Program-made: the position numbers and the translations under genes | The notes under the pieces: model-generated | The model's input: the letters and a program-made list of their open reading frames with translations, nothing else | Database searches by the model: none | What the model was told of the DNA's origin: nothing | Assembly: GCA_902774115.1 (NCBI GenBank) | Contig: CACYHH010000003.1 | Span: forward strand, 219,033 to 283,032 | DNA length: 64,000 bases | Direction of reading: 5' to 3' | Source: an uncultured Spirochaetales bacterium | GTDB lineage: Bacteria > UBP6 > UBA1177 | Shown: in pieces, positions 10,126 to 18,587 of the stretch | Numbering within the stretch: the stretch's first letter is position 1 | Layout of the letters: each line of letters begins with the position of its first letter

Positions 10126-11786
10126 TTCTTTTTGGTCGGTACCGTTCCGTCAGTATTGAGACCGCGTGCCTTGTAGTCGGCTTTGATCCTGGCCTCTTTC
10201 ACGTCTTCCGGAGTCATGAACAGCTCTTTGTATTTTTCGGGAACAAAAACTGTCGAATCGCTTTTCAGCACAGCGAAGATCGTATCCGCAAAGCCTTTTT
10301 CGTGATCTGCGATCCGCGCGTCATCCGAAATGAAAAGAGAGTAGGAGAGCATTCTTGCCCTGACCGGATCTTCCTCGTCGATAACAAAAGCTGCGAGGTT
10401 TTCGCTGACTTGTTCAGCTGTACGCCAGTCCACCGGAGTATCGTATTTGCGGAACATCGTCTTTTTGATCGGGTCAAAGAAATAGATCTTGTCGGGATAA
10501 TCCTTTTTGAGCTGGAGAAGGTATGCGTTTTTCGCGTCGTATTCCTTGATCGAATCAAGGTCTTTCCTGATTTTTTCGCTGAGTTCTTCCATTCTGGCCA
10601 TGATCACGTTCTCGTTGCGCCGCGTGATGACGAAGTAACCTTCTTCCGGCATGAGTTTTATCGCGCCGCGGATCTTGTCGGTGACAGAGAACGGGTCATC
10701 GATCGAAACCGACCAGCGGACATATTCTTTCGGAAGTTTCCACATTCCGTGGCGGTCGCCGAGATAAATCAGGTAGTTGAATTTCACTTTCGGCAGCTTT
10801 TCATGAAGCTGTTTCATGAAAAGGGCTTCTCTGAAGAAGTTTACGTCGATGCTTATGTTCGGGCTCAGAATTTTCACGCTTTTTTTCTCGTCGTTGAGCT
10901 CGATTTTTTTAGGATCTGCGTAAGGAACAAACGCTTTCGCATTCTCGAATTTAGGAGCTTCGTCGATTGTCGAATGGATTTTGACGTGAGCTAAAATGTT
11001 GAGCAGCAGCGCTTTTTTCTCGTTTTCGGATATCGAAGACGGCTTCGAAAGAGCCTCTTTCAGCATTTTTGCGAAAGTTTTGTCCGCCAGTTTGTAGATC
11101 TGATTCGCTAAATCATCGACTGAAGATGCGGAATCGGTTTTTTCCTTCGTCAGATTGTCGAGAAGTTTTTTCCTGTTCTGAATTTCGGTAGGCGAGAGCA
11201 TCGGATTGTCGAAAAGATAGTTGAGTACGACTTCAGCTTTTGTGTAAGCTGTTGATTTCTTTTTGTAATTCCTGTACTGCCTGTCCCAGAATTCCGAAAT
11301 TTCGCCTGATGCCAGATTGTAGTACGAAATCTCTGACATTTTTTTGCCGGTTTCAAGAAGTTCATAAAGAGCGGGAAATGACGAAAGATTCTGCTCTTCC
11401 TTCAAAGTTTCGCCTGTTTCCGAGTGAGTCTCGTTTATGAGTTTGGCGACGTTCAGCATTTCGTTCACTTCATTTTCCGACTGCCGGATCATCGCGTAAA
11501 AATCTTTGTTCCAGAATTCCGAACCGAGATTTGTTGCCCTTATCACGAGTTTGCTTTCTTCAAAAACCGTGTAGGTAAGCGGCTGTTCCACAAAAAAATC
11601 CTTGTAATATTCGGAATATTGTTTTGCCGCGGCGAAACGGTCGTATTCTTTGTCGCTCGACCATTTTATCATGAAATAAAGGAAAAATCCGCCGACAACG
11701 ATAAGTAGGATGAGATAACGCCAGTGGGAGTTGCTGTTTCTGCCCGCAGCAAGTTCTGATGCGTGCACTTTTCTTTTGGGGGACAT
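10122..11786 (-). CDS. Hypothetical membrane-anchored protein (554 aa)
   Basis: Single N-terminal TM helix (LILLIVVGGFFLYFMI) then a large soluble domain; translationally coupled to khpA (TAATG) and rarA (ATGA). Confidence 0.6.
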   Translation of the reverse strand: MSPKRKVHASELAAGRNSNSHWRYLILLIVVGGFFLYFMIKWSSDKEYDRFAAAKQYSEYYKDFFVEQPLTYTVFEESKLVIRATNLGSEFWNKDFYAMIRQSENEVNEMLNVAKLINETHSETGETLKEEQNLSSFPALYELLETGKKMSEISYYNLASGEISEFWDRQYRNYKKKSTAYTKAEVVLNYLFDNPMLSPTEIQNRKKLLDNLTKEKTDSASSVDDLANQIYKLADKTFAKMLKEALSKPSSISENEKKALLLNILAHVKIHSTIDEAPKFENAKAFVPYADPKKIELNDEKKSVKILSPNISIDVNFFREALFMKQLHEKLPKVKFNYLIYLGDRHGMWKLPKEYVRWSVSIDDPFSVTDKIRGAIKLMPEEGYFVITRRNENVIMARMEELSEKIRKDLDSIKEYDAKNAYLLQLKKDYPDKIYFFDPIKKTMFRKYDTPVDWRTAEQVSENLAAFVIDEEDPVRARMLSYSLFISDDARIADHEKGFADTIFAVLKSDSTVFVPEKYKELFMTPEDVKEARIKADYKARGLNTDGTVPTKKK

Positions 11787-12025
11787 TATTTGTTCTCTTC
11801 GATGATTTCCAAAACGACTTTCTGATTCTGACGGCTTGCAACTGCGCTGATAAGCGTGCGGAGAGCGTTTGCAGTTCTTCCGCTTTTACCGATTACTTTG
11901 CCGACGTCTTCCGGAGCGACTCTGAGTTCGATGATAGCGGTATTCTTTCCTTCGATGTAGCTGACTTCAACCGCTTCTGGAACATCAACCAGCTTTTTCG
12001 TAATGAATTCAACAAATTCTTTCAT
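11786..12025 (-). CDS. khpA: KH-domain RNA-binding protein (KhpA/YlqC-like)
   Basis: Start reassigned to MKEFVEF at 12025 with GGAGGA RBS; GKVIGKSGRTANALRTLI KH motif; 79 aa. Confidence 0.7.
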   Translation of the reverse strand: MKEFVEFITKKLVDVPEAVEVSYIEGKNTAIIELRVAPEDVGKVIGKSGRTANALRTLISAVASRQNQKVVLEIIEENK

Positions 12026-12148
12026 AAGATCCTCCAAAAATTGAGTAACACAAAAAGTAAAAACCCACATAAAAAACCAACACGAAACAAAAATTTAGTT
12101 ATTTTTGTTAAAAACGCAATTTTTTTATGATTTTTCGGCACTGTTTTT

Positions 12149-13702
12149 TTAGTATTGTCCGGTTCCGGGCTTATATTCTGCCGCATCCCATTTAAAGTTG
12201 TCGATGAGAACGAGCGAATCATATACATGATCGTACAGATCCCAGATTGCGAGTCTCAAAGTTATGACTTCGCCGCCGACAACGTTGCCGCGAGTCGTGA
12301 GCCAGCCTGTTCCTCCGTTTGACGCAAAACCTGTTCCCTGAAGTTCCTCGGTTCCTATGCATGATTCCTGGGTCGCAGGATAAGAACTTACAGGGGAACA
12401 TTGGGTAAAGAGCCCTGAAGGAGCAATATTTATGCCGACAGGGTTGCCGGCTGCATCCATAGCTAAGTTTTTATCAAGAGGATTTTGAAGATTCGGGTCG
12501 CTGCTTGTATAGCTCGAATCAAGAAGTGCAATAAAGAAGTCATTATATCTGCTGCAAATATAATTCGGATATTCCTTGGTGATAAAATATATGTTAAAAC
12601 TGAATGATTTTGCAGTTTTGGGAACTCTTATCCTCATTTGAAGCATTACCGCATCGTTTACATCTCCGCTTGTTCCAGACGACGAGCATGAAGCCGCTGA
12701 CGGAAATTTTCCTCCGTTTGCTGCAACCCAGTCTGCCGGTGCGCCTGATGTCGTTCCTCCGCTGTAATCAGGATCTGTAACAGGATTACCGAGTTTACTT
12801 GAAGTCAAAGCCAGCATCAAATTGCCTTCTTTCGGTTTGATTACGTTGCCAAATGCCGAAAGCAGACCGTTGCTGCCTGCATGAACGGTTAAATTGCCGT
12901 TAGGTGCGAGTATCTGAGCGCTGATAAGTCCCCATTCGTTGGAATCTTCCGTCGTCGTTTTGCAGATTCCTATTGCTTTTGCATAATCCAGAGGATTGGT
13001 GGAAGATTCAGCGACTCCTGATTCGCAGTCTTCTTCGATTACCTCATATTCGCAAAGATCGGACGGACTGTTTTTATCCCACGCCTCTTTCGGGAAAGGG
13101 CATTGATCGGTTGTTTCGCAGCAGTCAAAGCATGAGCCTACACCGTCGCCGTCGAAATCTGTTCCGTCGTCAACGACTCCGTTGCAGTCATCGTCGATGC
13201 CGTTATTGCAGAGTTCATCGCCGAATTCTGAAACCGGAAGGACTTCGTCTTCGCATTTTCCCCAGCTGCCGTCATCCTTGCAGGTTCTGACACCGGCTCT
13301 GCACGGACCTACGTTTTCTGTAGCAGGATCGCCCTGATATCCGCAAGTCTGTTTTTTGCCGGGAGTGCACGGGCCTGTTATCGGGTCATCGTCGCCGTCC
13401 TGTTTGCCGGGAGTGGTGCTTCCGGTATCGGTGTCTCCGCCGTCTCCGTCTCCGCCTCCGTTGCTTCCGGTATCTGTGTCACCGCCGTCTCCGCCGTTAC
13501 CTCCGCTGTTCGAACCGTCGGTGCAGATTTTCTTTTCGGGATCGCAGGTGAGACCGACAGGACAGTCAAGAGTCGATTCGCAGACTTGACCGCCGGCAGA
13601 TGATCCGCCTGTATCTTCTTCATCTCCGCCGCATGAAACCAAGCAAAATACCGAAATAACGAATACTAAAATACATTTAAAAAACTTCATAGCATCCTCC
13701 AA
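12149..13702 (-). CDS. Secreted Cys-rich lipoprotein with Gly/Asp repeats and MopE-like putative metal-binding motif (paralog 1)
   Basis: Signal peptide + lipobox LVSCGGDEED; GGNGGDGGDTDTGS repeats; ELCNNGIDDDCNGVVDDGTDFDGDG motif; C-terminal ~280-aa globular domain. Confidence 0.7.
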   Translation of the reverse strand: MEDAMKFFKCILVFVISVFCLVSCGGDEEDTGGSSAGGQVCESTLDCPVGLTCDPEKKICTDGSNSGGNGGDGGDTDTGSNGGGDGDGGDTDTGSTTPGKQDGDDDPITGPCTPGKKQTCGYQGDPATENVGPCRAGVRTCKDDGSWGKCEDEVLPVSEFGDELCNNGIDDDCNGVVDDGTDFDGDGVGSCFDCCETTDQCPFPKEAWDKNSPSDLCEYEVIEEDCESGVAESSTNPLDYAKAIGICKTTTEDSNEWGLISAQILAPNGNLTVHAGSNGLLSAFGNVIKPKEGNLMLALTSSKLGNPVTDPDYSGGTTSGAPADWVAANGGKFPSAASCSSSGTSGDVNDAVMLQMRIRVPKTAKSFSFNIYFITKEYPNYICSRYNDFFIALLDSSYTSSDPNLQNPLDKNLAMDAAGNPVGINIAPSGLFTQCSPVSSYPATQESCIGTEELQGTGFASNGGTGWLTTRGNVVGGEVITLRLAIWDLYDHVYDSLVLIDNFKWDAAEYKPGTGQY

Positions 13703-13786
13703 CGGAAAACAAAATTACACTATTATAATTTATAGGCGGAAAATAATCAAGAGGATTTGTTTTTATTCTGTTTTTTGAAAATTGAG

Positions 13787-15508
13787 CTATTGCTGTCCGG
13801 TTCCGGCTTTTGCAGGTTTCGGAAGCCATTTGAAGCCGTCGAGAAGAACGGTCGAATCCCATGAATGGTCGGGACCGTATCCTACAGTTCCCTGTTCCCA
13901 AATCGCCAGTCTTAAGGTGATTGTTTCGCCCGGAACGACGTTTCCGCGGGTCGTCAGCCAGCCGGTGCCGCCGTTTTTCGGGGAAAAAGCATCAAAACCC
14001 GTTCCGTCAATAAGTGATCCGTCGGTGCAGTAAGATGAAAAATCATAGCTGCTGTTCTGATAACATGCCGTGAAAAGACCTTCAGGAGCAAGGTCTACGC
14101 CGACGAAGTTGCCGTTATAATCTTTTGCAAGGTTTTTATCGTAAGGATTCTGGAATTCATCGTTCGGATACTGAGTGTTATGTTCCGAATCAAGAAGAGC
14201 GACGAAAAAGTCGTTGTAGTTGCTTCCGGAACATACCGTGCTCGGATATTCGACCGAGAAAAAGAAAAGGTTGAACTGGAAAGCTCTTGCATTCTCGGGA
14301 GCCTTGACTTTGAGTGTAAGCATGATCGGATCCTGAACATGCGGGATCTCTTTGCCTGCACACTGATCTGTGAGACCGTCTTCAACAGTTGTTCCGCCGC
14401 ATGTCGGTGACTTCGGAATCGCGCAGTTCGGCATCATGTTTATCCAGTCTGCCGGGATCGTGCTTGCAGTTTTCATGTCTCCGGCATCCAATGTGGCCAC
14501 AGTGGCGTTTTTCGTCGGTTTGTTCCAGGGACCGGTGGAAAGGATAGCCATTTTAGAGCCTTCGAGCGCAACGATGTTGTTTCCGAATTTCGGTTCGGCT
14601 GCAAATGTTTTGTAGTTTGCATCGTAATACGGCAGAGGAAGGCTTGTCCTGTTGGATCCGTTGATTTTTTCGGTTACCGGGTCACCGGCAAGTGAAAGTG
14701 TCGCTGAAACAAGCTGATCGCCGCATATTCCCATTGCGTGGGCGAGTTTTACCGCATTGCCGGGGTAGTCTTCAAGGGCGAGAGGATCATCTTCTCCGTC
14801 ACATGAAGTCGATTCATCGATTTCGCCGTTGCAGTTGTTGTCAACTTCGTCGCCCTGCATTTCATAAGCACCCGGATATATCGTTGCGGGATCGAATCCG
14901 TTACATTCGCTTGCAACTTCGCAGCAGTCCTTGCATGCACCGTCGCCGTCGCCGTCGAAGTCTGTTCCGTTATCGACAACACCGTCGCAGTCGTCATCAA
15001 TGCCGTTGCTGCAGAGTTCATCGCCGAATTCATTTACGGGGAGTACTTCGCCCTCGCATTTTCCCCAGCTGCCGTCATCCTTGCAGGTTCTGATTCCGGC
15101 TCTGCACGGACCGATATTTTCAGTGGCAGGATCGCCCTGATATCCGCAAGTCTGTTTTTTGCCGGGAGTGCACGGACCTGTTATAGGATCGTTGTCGCCG
15201 TCCTGTTCGCCTGGAGTGTCGCTTCCGGTATCTGTGTCGCCGCCGTCGCTTCCGGTATCTGTGTCACCGCCGTCTCCGCCGTTACCTCCGCCGTTCGAAC
15301 CGTCGGTACAGATTTTCTTTTCGGAATCACAGACATATCCTACAGGACAATCCAGATTTGAAGAGCATGCTTCACCGCCGTGAGAGTTTCCCTCGCTTTC
15401 TTCTTCGTCACCGCCGCAGGCAGCAAAAATCAGAACGAGAACCGTTAAAATTGAAAAAAGATAAATTTTTTTCATCCAAAACTCCAAAATAACACCATAA
15501 AAACGCAA
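13787..15508 (-). CDS. Secreted Cys-rich lipoprotein with MopE-like motif (paralog 2)
   Basis: Same architecture as 12149..13702; central ~360 nt nearly identical at DNA level; likely true start MKKIYLF (~15475). Confidence 0.7.
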   Translation of the reverse strand: MRFYGVILEFWMKKIYLFSILTVLVLIFAACGGDEEESEGNSHGGEACSSNLDCPVGYVCDSEKKICTDGSNGGGNGGDGGDTDTGSDGGDTDTGSDTPGEQDGDNDPITGPCTPGKKQTCGYQGDPATENIGPCRAGIRTCKDDGSWGKCEGEVLPVNEFGDELCSNGIDDDCDGVVDNGTDFDGDGDGACKDCCEVASECNGFDPATIYPGAYEMQGDEVDNNCNGEIDESTSCDGEDDPLALEDYPGNAVKLAHAMGICGDQLVSATLSLAGDPVTEKINGSNRTSLPLPYYDANYKTFAAEPKFGNNIVALEGSKMAILSTGPWNKPTKNATVATLDAGDMKTASTIPADWINMMPNCAIPKSPTCGGTTVEDGLTDQCAGKEIPHVQDPIMLTLKVKAPENARAFQFNLFFFSVEYPSTVCSGSNYNDFFVALLDSEHNTQYPNDEFQNPYDKNLAKDYNGNFVGVDLAPEGLFTACYQNSSYDFSSYCTDGSLIDGTGFDAFSPKNGGTGWLTTRGNVVPGETITLRLAIWEQGTVGYGPDHSWDSTVLLDGFKWLPKPAKAGTGQQ

Positions 15509-15651
15509 AATTTTAAGCAGAAAGGAAAAAAAATCAAATGCTTTTTTCTTCCGCCGGTTTTTCAGGGATGCACTGGTCTCGAATTCCGGAATCTCGACAT
15601 TTTAATTAAAAGTGCTATATTGCCGCGTTTTTTTTGTTTCGGGAGAGTCTT

Positions 15652-16623
15652 ATGGAAAAAAATTCTTTGATTTTCGTTGCAGGTCACAAAGGGCTTGTCG
15701 GCAGCGCGCTTGTCCGCGAACTCAAGTCAAAAGGTTACAACAACCTCATCATGAAGACTTCTTCGGAGCTCGATCTTACCAATCAGGTCGAAACGGAAAA
15801 GTTTTTCGCTGAAAACAGACCGGAATACGTCTTTCTTGCAGCTGCGCGCGTCGGCGGCATAGGCGCGAACAACAGTTTCCGCGCTGACATGATCTACAAC
15901 AACCTTATGATCGAATCGAACGTGATCCGCAATTCATACAAGTTCGGTGTCAAAAAGCTCCTTTTCCTCGGTTCAAGCTGCATTTATCCGAAATTCGCGC
16001 CGCAGCCGATGAAAGAGGATTTCCTTCTTACGAGCGAACTCGAATACACGAACGAACCCTACGCAATTGCCAAAATCGCAGGGCTCAAAATGTGCGAATC
16101 ATACAACATCCAGTACGGAACCGACTTCATTTCAGTCATGCCGACCAATCTTTACGGCGAAAACGACACTTTCGACATCGAGAACGGTCATGTTCTGCCG
16201 AGTATGATAAGAAAATTCCACGAGGCGAAAGTGCAGGGACGCGATTTTGTCGAGCTTTGGGGAACAGGCAAGCCGCGCAGAGAGTTCCTTTACAGCGGTG
16301 ATTTGGCCGAAGCGGTCGTCAAAATAATGGAAGAAGTCTCATTTGCCGATTTGACCAAAGGAATGAATGAGATCCGCAATACACACATCAACATCGGAAC
16401 CGGCACGGATCTCACAATTTACGAGCTTGCGTTTATCATTAAAGATATTGTCGGTTACGACGGCGACATTGTCTGGGATAGTTCGAAGCCCGACGGAACG
16501 CCGCGAAAGCTGCTTGACATTTCGAAAATCAAAAGTTTCGGCTGGAAACCCCGTACCTCTCTCACCGACGGAATCGAAAAAGTTTACCGCTGGTATGTCA
16601 GAAACAACGCCGGTCAGGAGTAG
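15652..16623 (+). CDS. fcl: GDP-L-fucose synthase (GDP-4-keto-6-deoxymannose 3,5-epimerase/4-reductase)
   Basis: Start at MEKNSLIFVAGHKGLVGSAL (GGGAGAG RBS), matches Fcl N-terminus IAGHRGMVGSA; SDR fold; 323 aa. Confidence 0.85.
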   Translation: MEKNSLIFVAGHKGLVGSALVRELKSKGYNNLIMKTSSELDLTNQVETEKFFAENRPEYVFLAAARVGGIGANNSFRADMIYNNLMIESNVIRNSYKFGVKKLLFLGSSCIYPKFAPQPMKEDFLLTSELEYTNEPYAIAKIAGLKMCESYNIQYGTDFISVMPTNLYGENDTFDIENGHVLPSMIRKFHEAKVQGRDFVELWGTGKPRREFLYSGDLAEAVVKIMEEVSFADLTKGMNEIRNTHINIGTGTDLTIYELAFIIKDIVGYDGDIVWDSSKPDGTPRKLLDISKIKSFGWKPRTSLTDGIEKVYRWYVRNNAGQE

Positions 16624-16628
16624 TTTTA

Positions 16629-17534
16629 ATGCTTCTTTATGCAGACAAAATCTTCTCGAAGGAGTGGTTCAAAAGTTTATATTTGATCATTCAGGGAGCG
16701 CTGATTGCCGCTTTCGGCTACAACTTTTTTCTTATTCCTTATAAAATCATTCCCGGCGGACTCATGGGGCTCAGCAGCGTTTTCTATCACCTGGTCGGTA
16801 TTCCGGTCGGTCTTCTCACGATAATCATGAATATCCCGCTTATCCTGCTTGGAATGAAGGTCCTCGGCAACCGTTTCGGCTACAAAACGATTCTCGGAAT
16901 GACGCTTCTTTCGCTTTTCAACGACGGAATGAACTATTTCTGGCACGATGTGACGCTGACAGACGACATTTTTTTGAGCTGCATAATCGGCGGGACCCTG
17001 GTCGGAGCCGGCGTTGCTTCGATTTTCAAGGCGAAGGCGACAACCGGCGGCACGGACATCATCGCTCAGCTTTTCCACATTAAATTCAAGTTTTCGACAG
17101 GAAAAGTCGTTCTTTTCACAAACATAATCTTTCTTTCGCTCGGTGCTTTGTCGATCCATCTCAAAAATCCGGAAACGACCGAGTTTTTCAAAATGATAGT
17201 TTATGCGATAGTTGCGCAGTTCACGACGTCGAAAGTGCTTGACGCGATCCTTGAAGGGACCTCGTATTACAAAGGGATCTTCATCATTTCGAACAAGTAC
17301 GACGAGGTCAAGGAAAAACTTCTCACCCAGCTCCGCCGCGGCGGCACGATGATCCACGGACAGGGGATGTTCAAGGACGACGAGCGCAAAATCATCTTCA
17401 CCGCTGTCAGCAGGCGCGAATCGGCATTTCTCAAAGAGTATATCAAATCAATTGATCCGCAGGCTTTCATCATAATTTTTCAGACAAACGAAATTTACGG
17501 TCAGGGATTTCTGCCGGTCAAAGACATTGAATAG
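16629..17534 (+). CDS. YitT-family membrane protein (DUF161 + DUF2179)
   Basis: Multi-TM N-terminal region and C-terminal DUF2179-like domain; 301 aa. Confidence 0.65.
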   Translation: MLLYADKIFSKEWFKSLYLIIQGALIAAFGYNFFLIPYKIIPGGLMGLSSVFYHLVGIPVGLLTIIMNIPLILLGMKVLGNRFGYKTILGMTLLSLFNDGMNYFWHDVTLTDDIFLSCIIGGTLVGAGVASIFKAKATTGGTDIIAQLFHIKFKFSTGKVVLFTNIIFLSLGALSIHLKNPETTEFFKMIVYAIVAQFTTSKVLDAILEGTSYYKGIFIISNKYDEVKEKLLTQLRRGGTMIHGQGMFKDDERKIIFTAVSRRESAFLKEYIKSIDPQAFIIIFQTNEIYGQGFLPVKDIE

Positions 17535-17592
17535 ACGTCACATCGTTACGCCGTCACGAATCAACGTCACGTCGTTACGCCGTTTCGTCGTC
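17535..17592. repeat. REP-like element: two tandem 29-nt units (ACGTCAC.TCGTTACGCCGT...) in a convergent intergenic spacer
   Basis: acgtcacatcgttacgccgtcacgaatca / acgtcacgtcgttacgccgtttcgtcgtc; shares the 14-mer GTTACGCCGTCACG with 36988..37001. Confidence 0.5.
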
Positions 17593-18439
17593 ACGACAAG
17601 AATTTTTTGATTTCTTCCAGGTGTTTCGCTGCAACGGCGCGCCCTTCGTCGTAAACGCGCTTGAGTTCGTTTTTGTTCTTTTCAGTTCTGCTGATTCCAA
17701 GCGGTTTTTCGGGGCAGATAATGTAAGCTGCGCCGTCTTTTTCGCGGGAAAATATATATTTACGCTGTTTGTTGTATTTTTCGTGGCGGGTTGCTACGGC
17801 ATCAATCAGTTTCGGATATTTGCGGAGCAGAAATTTCATTAAAGGAAAAAAGCTTACCGGCGGTTTTATGAAATCTCTCGGCTGTGTCAGAATTACAACA
17901 TTTTTTGTGTAGCCTATGCTTTCAAAGTATTCGAGAGGAACGGAATCGGCGATTCCTCCGTCGAGAAGAGTCAGGTCTCCGATTTTAACAGGTCTTGAAA
18001 CACCGGGCATCGAAGCCGAAGCACGGATCCATTCCATTCCTTCCCTTGAATTCTGAATTTTTTGGTAAAGCGGTTCTCCTGTTTCGGCATTGGTTGTTCC
18101 GACATAGAATTCCATCGGGTCGTTGTCAAAAGTCTCGTAATCGAAAAGATCAAGCTGATTCGGAAGGACGTTGTAGCAGAAATCGGCATTGTAAAGGTTG
18201 CCCGAAGTGAAAAGCGAATGAAAACTGCAGTAGCGCTTGTCACCGGCATATTTCAGGTTGTAGCGGATAGCCCTGCCGATCTGTTTTGATTTGAAGTTGC
18301 AGCCGAAAGTGGCTCCGGCCGAAACTCCGAGCATTCCGTCAAACGTGATGCTGTTTTCCATAAACACATCAAGTACGCCTGTTGTAAACATTCCTCTCAT
18401 CGCGCCGCCTTCGAGCACGAGTCCCTTTTTTTCTGCCAT
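17591..18439 (-). CDS. Patatin-like phospholipase
   Basis: GGAMRGMF oxyanion motif and GVSAG (GxSxG) nucleophile elbow; 282 aa. Confidence 0.75.
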   Translation of the reverse strand: MAEKKGLVLEGGAMRGMFTTGVLDVFMENSITFDGMLGVSAGATFGCNFKSKQIGRAIRYNLKYAGDKRYCSFHSLFTSGNLYNADFCYNVLPNQLDLFDYETFDNDPMEFYVGTTNAETGEPLYQKIQNSREGMEWIRASASMPGVSRPVKIGDLTLLDGGIADSVPLEYFESIGYTKNVVILTQPRDFIKPPVSFFPLMKFLLRKYPKLIDAVATRHEKYNKQRKYIFSREKDGAAYIICPEKPLGISRTEKNKNELKRVYDEGRAVAAKHLEEIKKFLS

Positions 18440-18587
18440 TTCCGCCTCCTTCAGAAGAAAGACAAAGAGTTGCTTTTTAGCATAACTTTACGGAAATTCA
18501 AGATGTTCAAAAAAATCATGCCCGAGGTTGACTTTCTCAAAACCGCGCTTATTTACTTTGCCGTTTTATTGTGCCAGCGAGGTGAAA

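Noticed and set aside
10302-10994. 230-aa ORF antisense to the 554-aa hypothetical gene, and 252-aa ORF 8809..9567 antisense to rarA
   Set aside because: There are no motifs. The sense genes are translationally coupled in an operon, which supports their frames.
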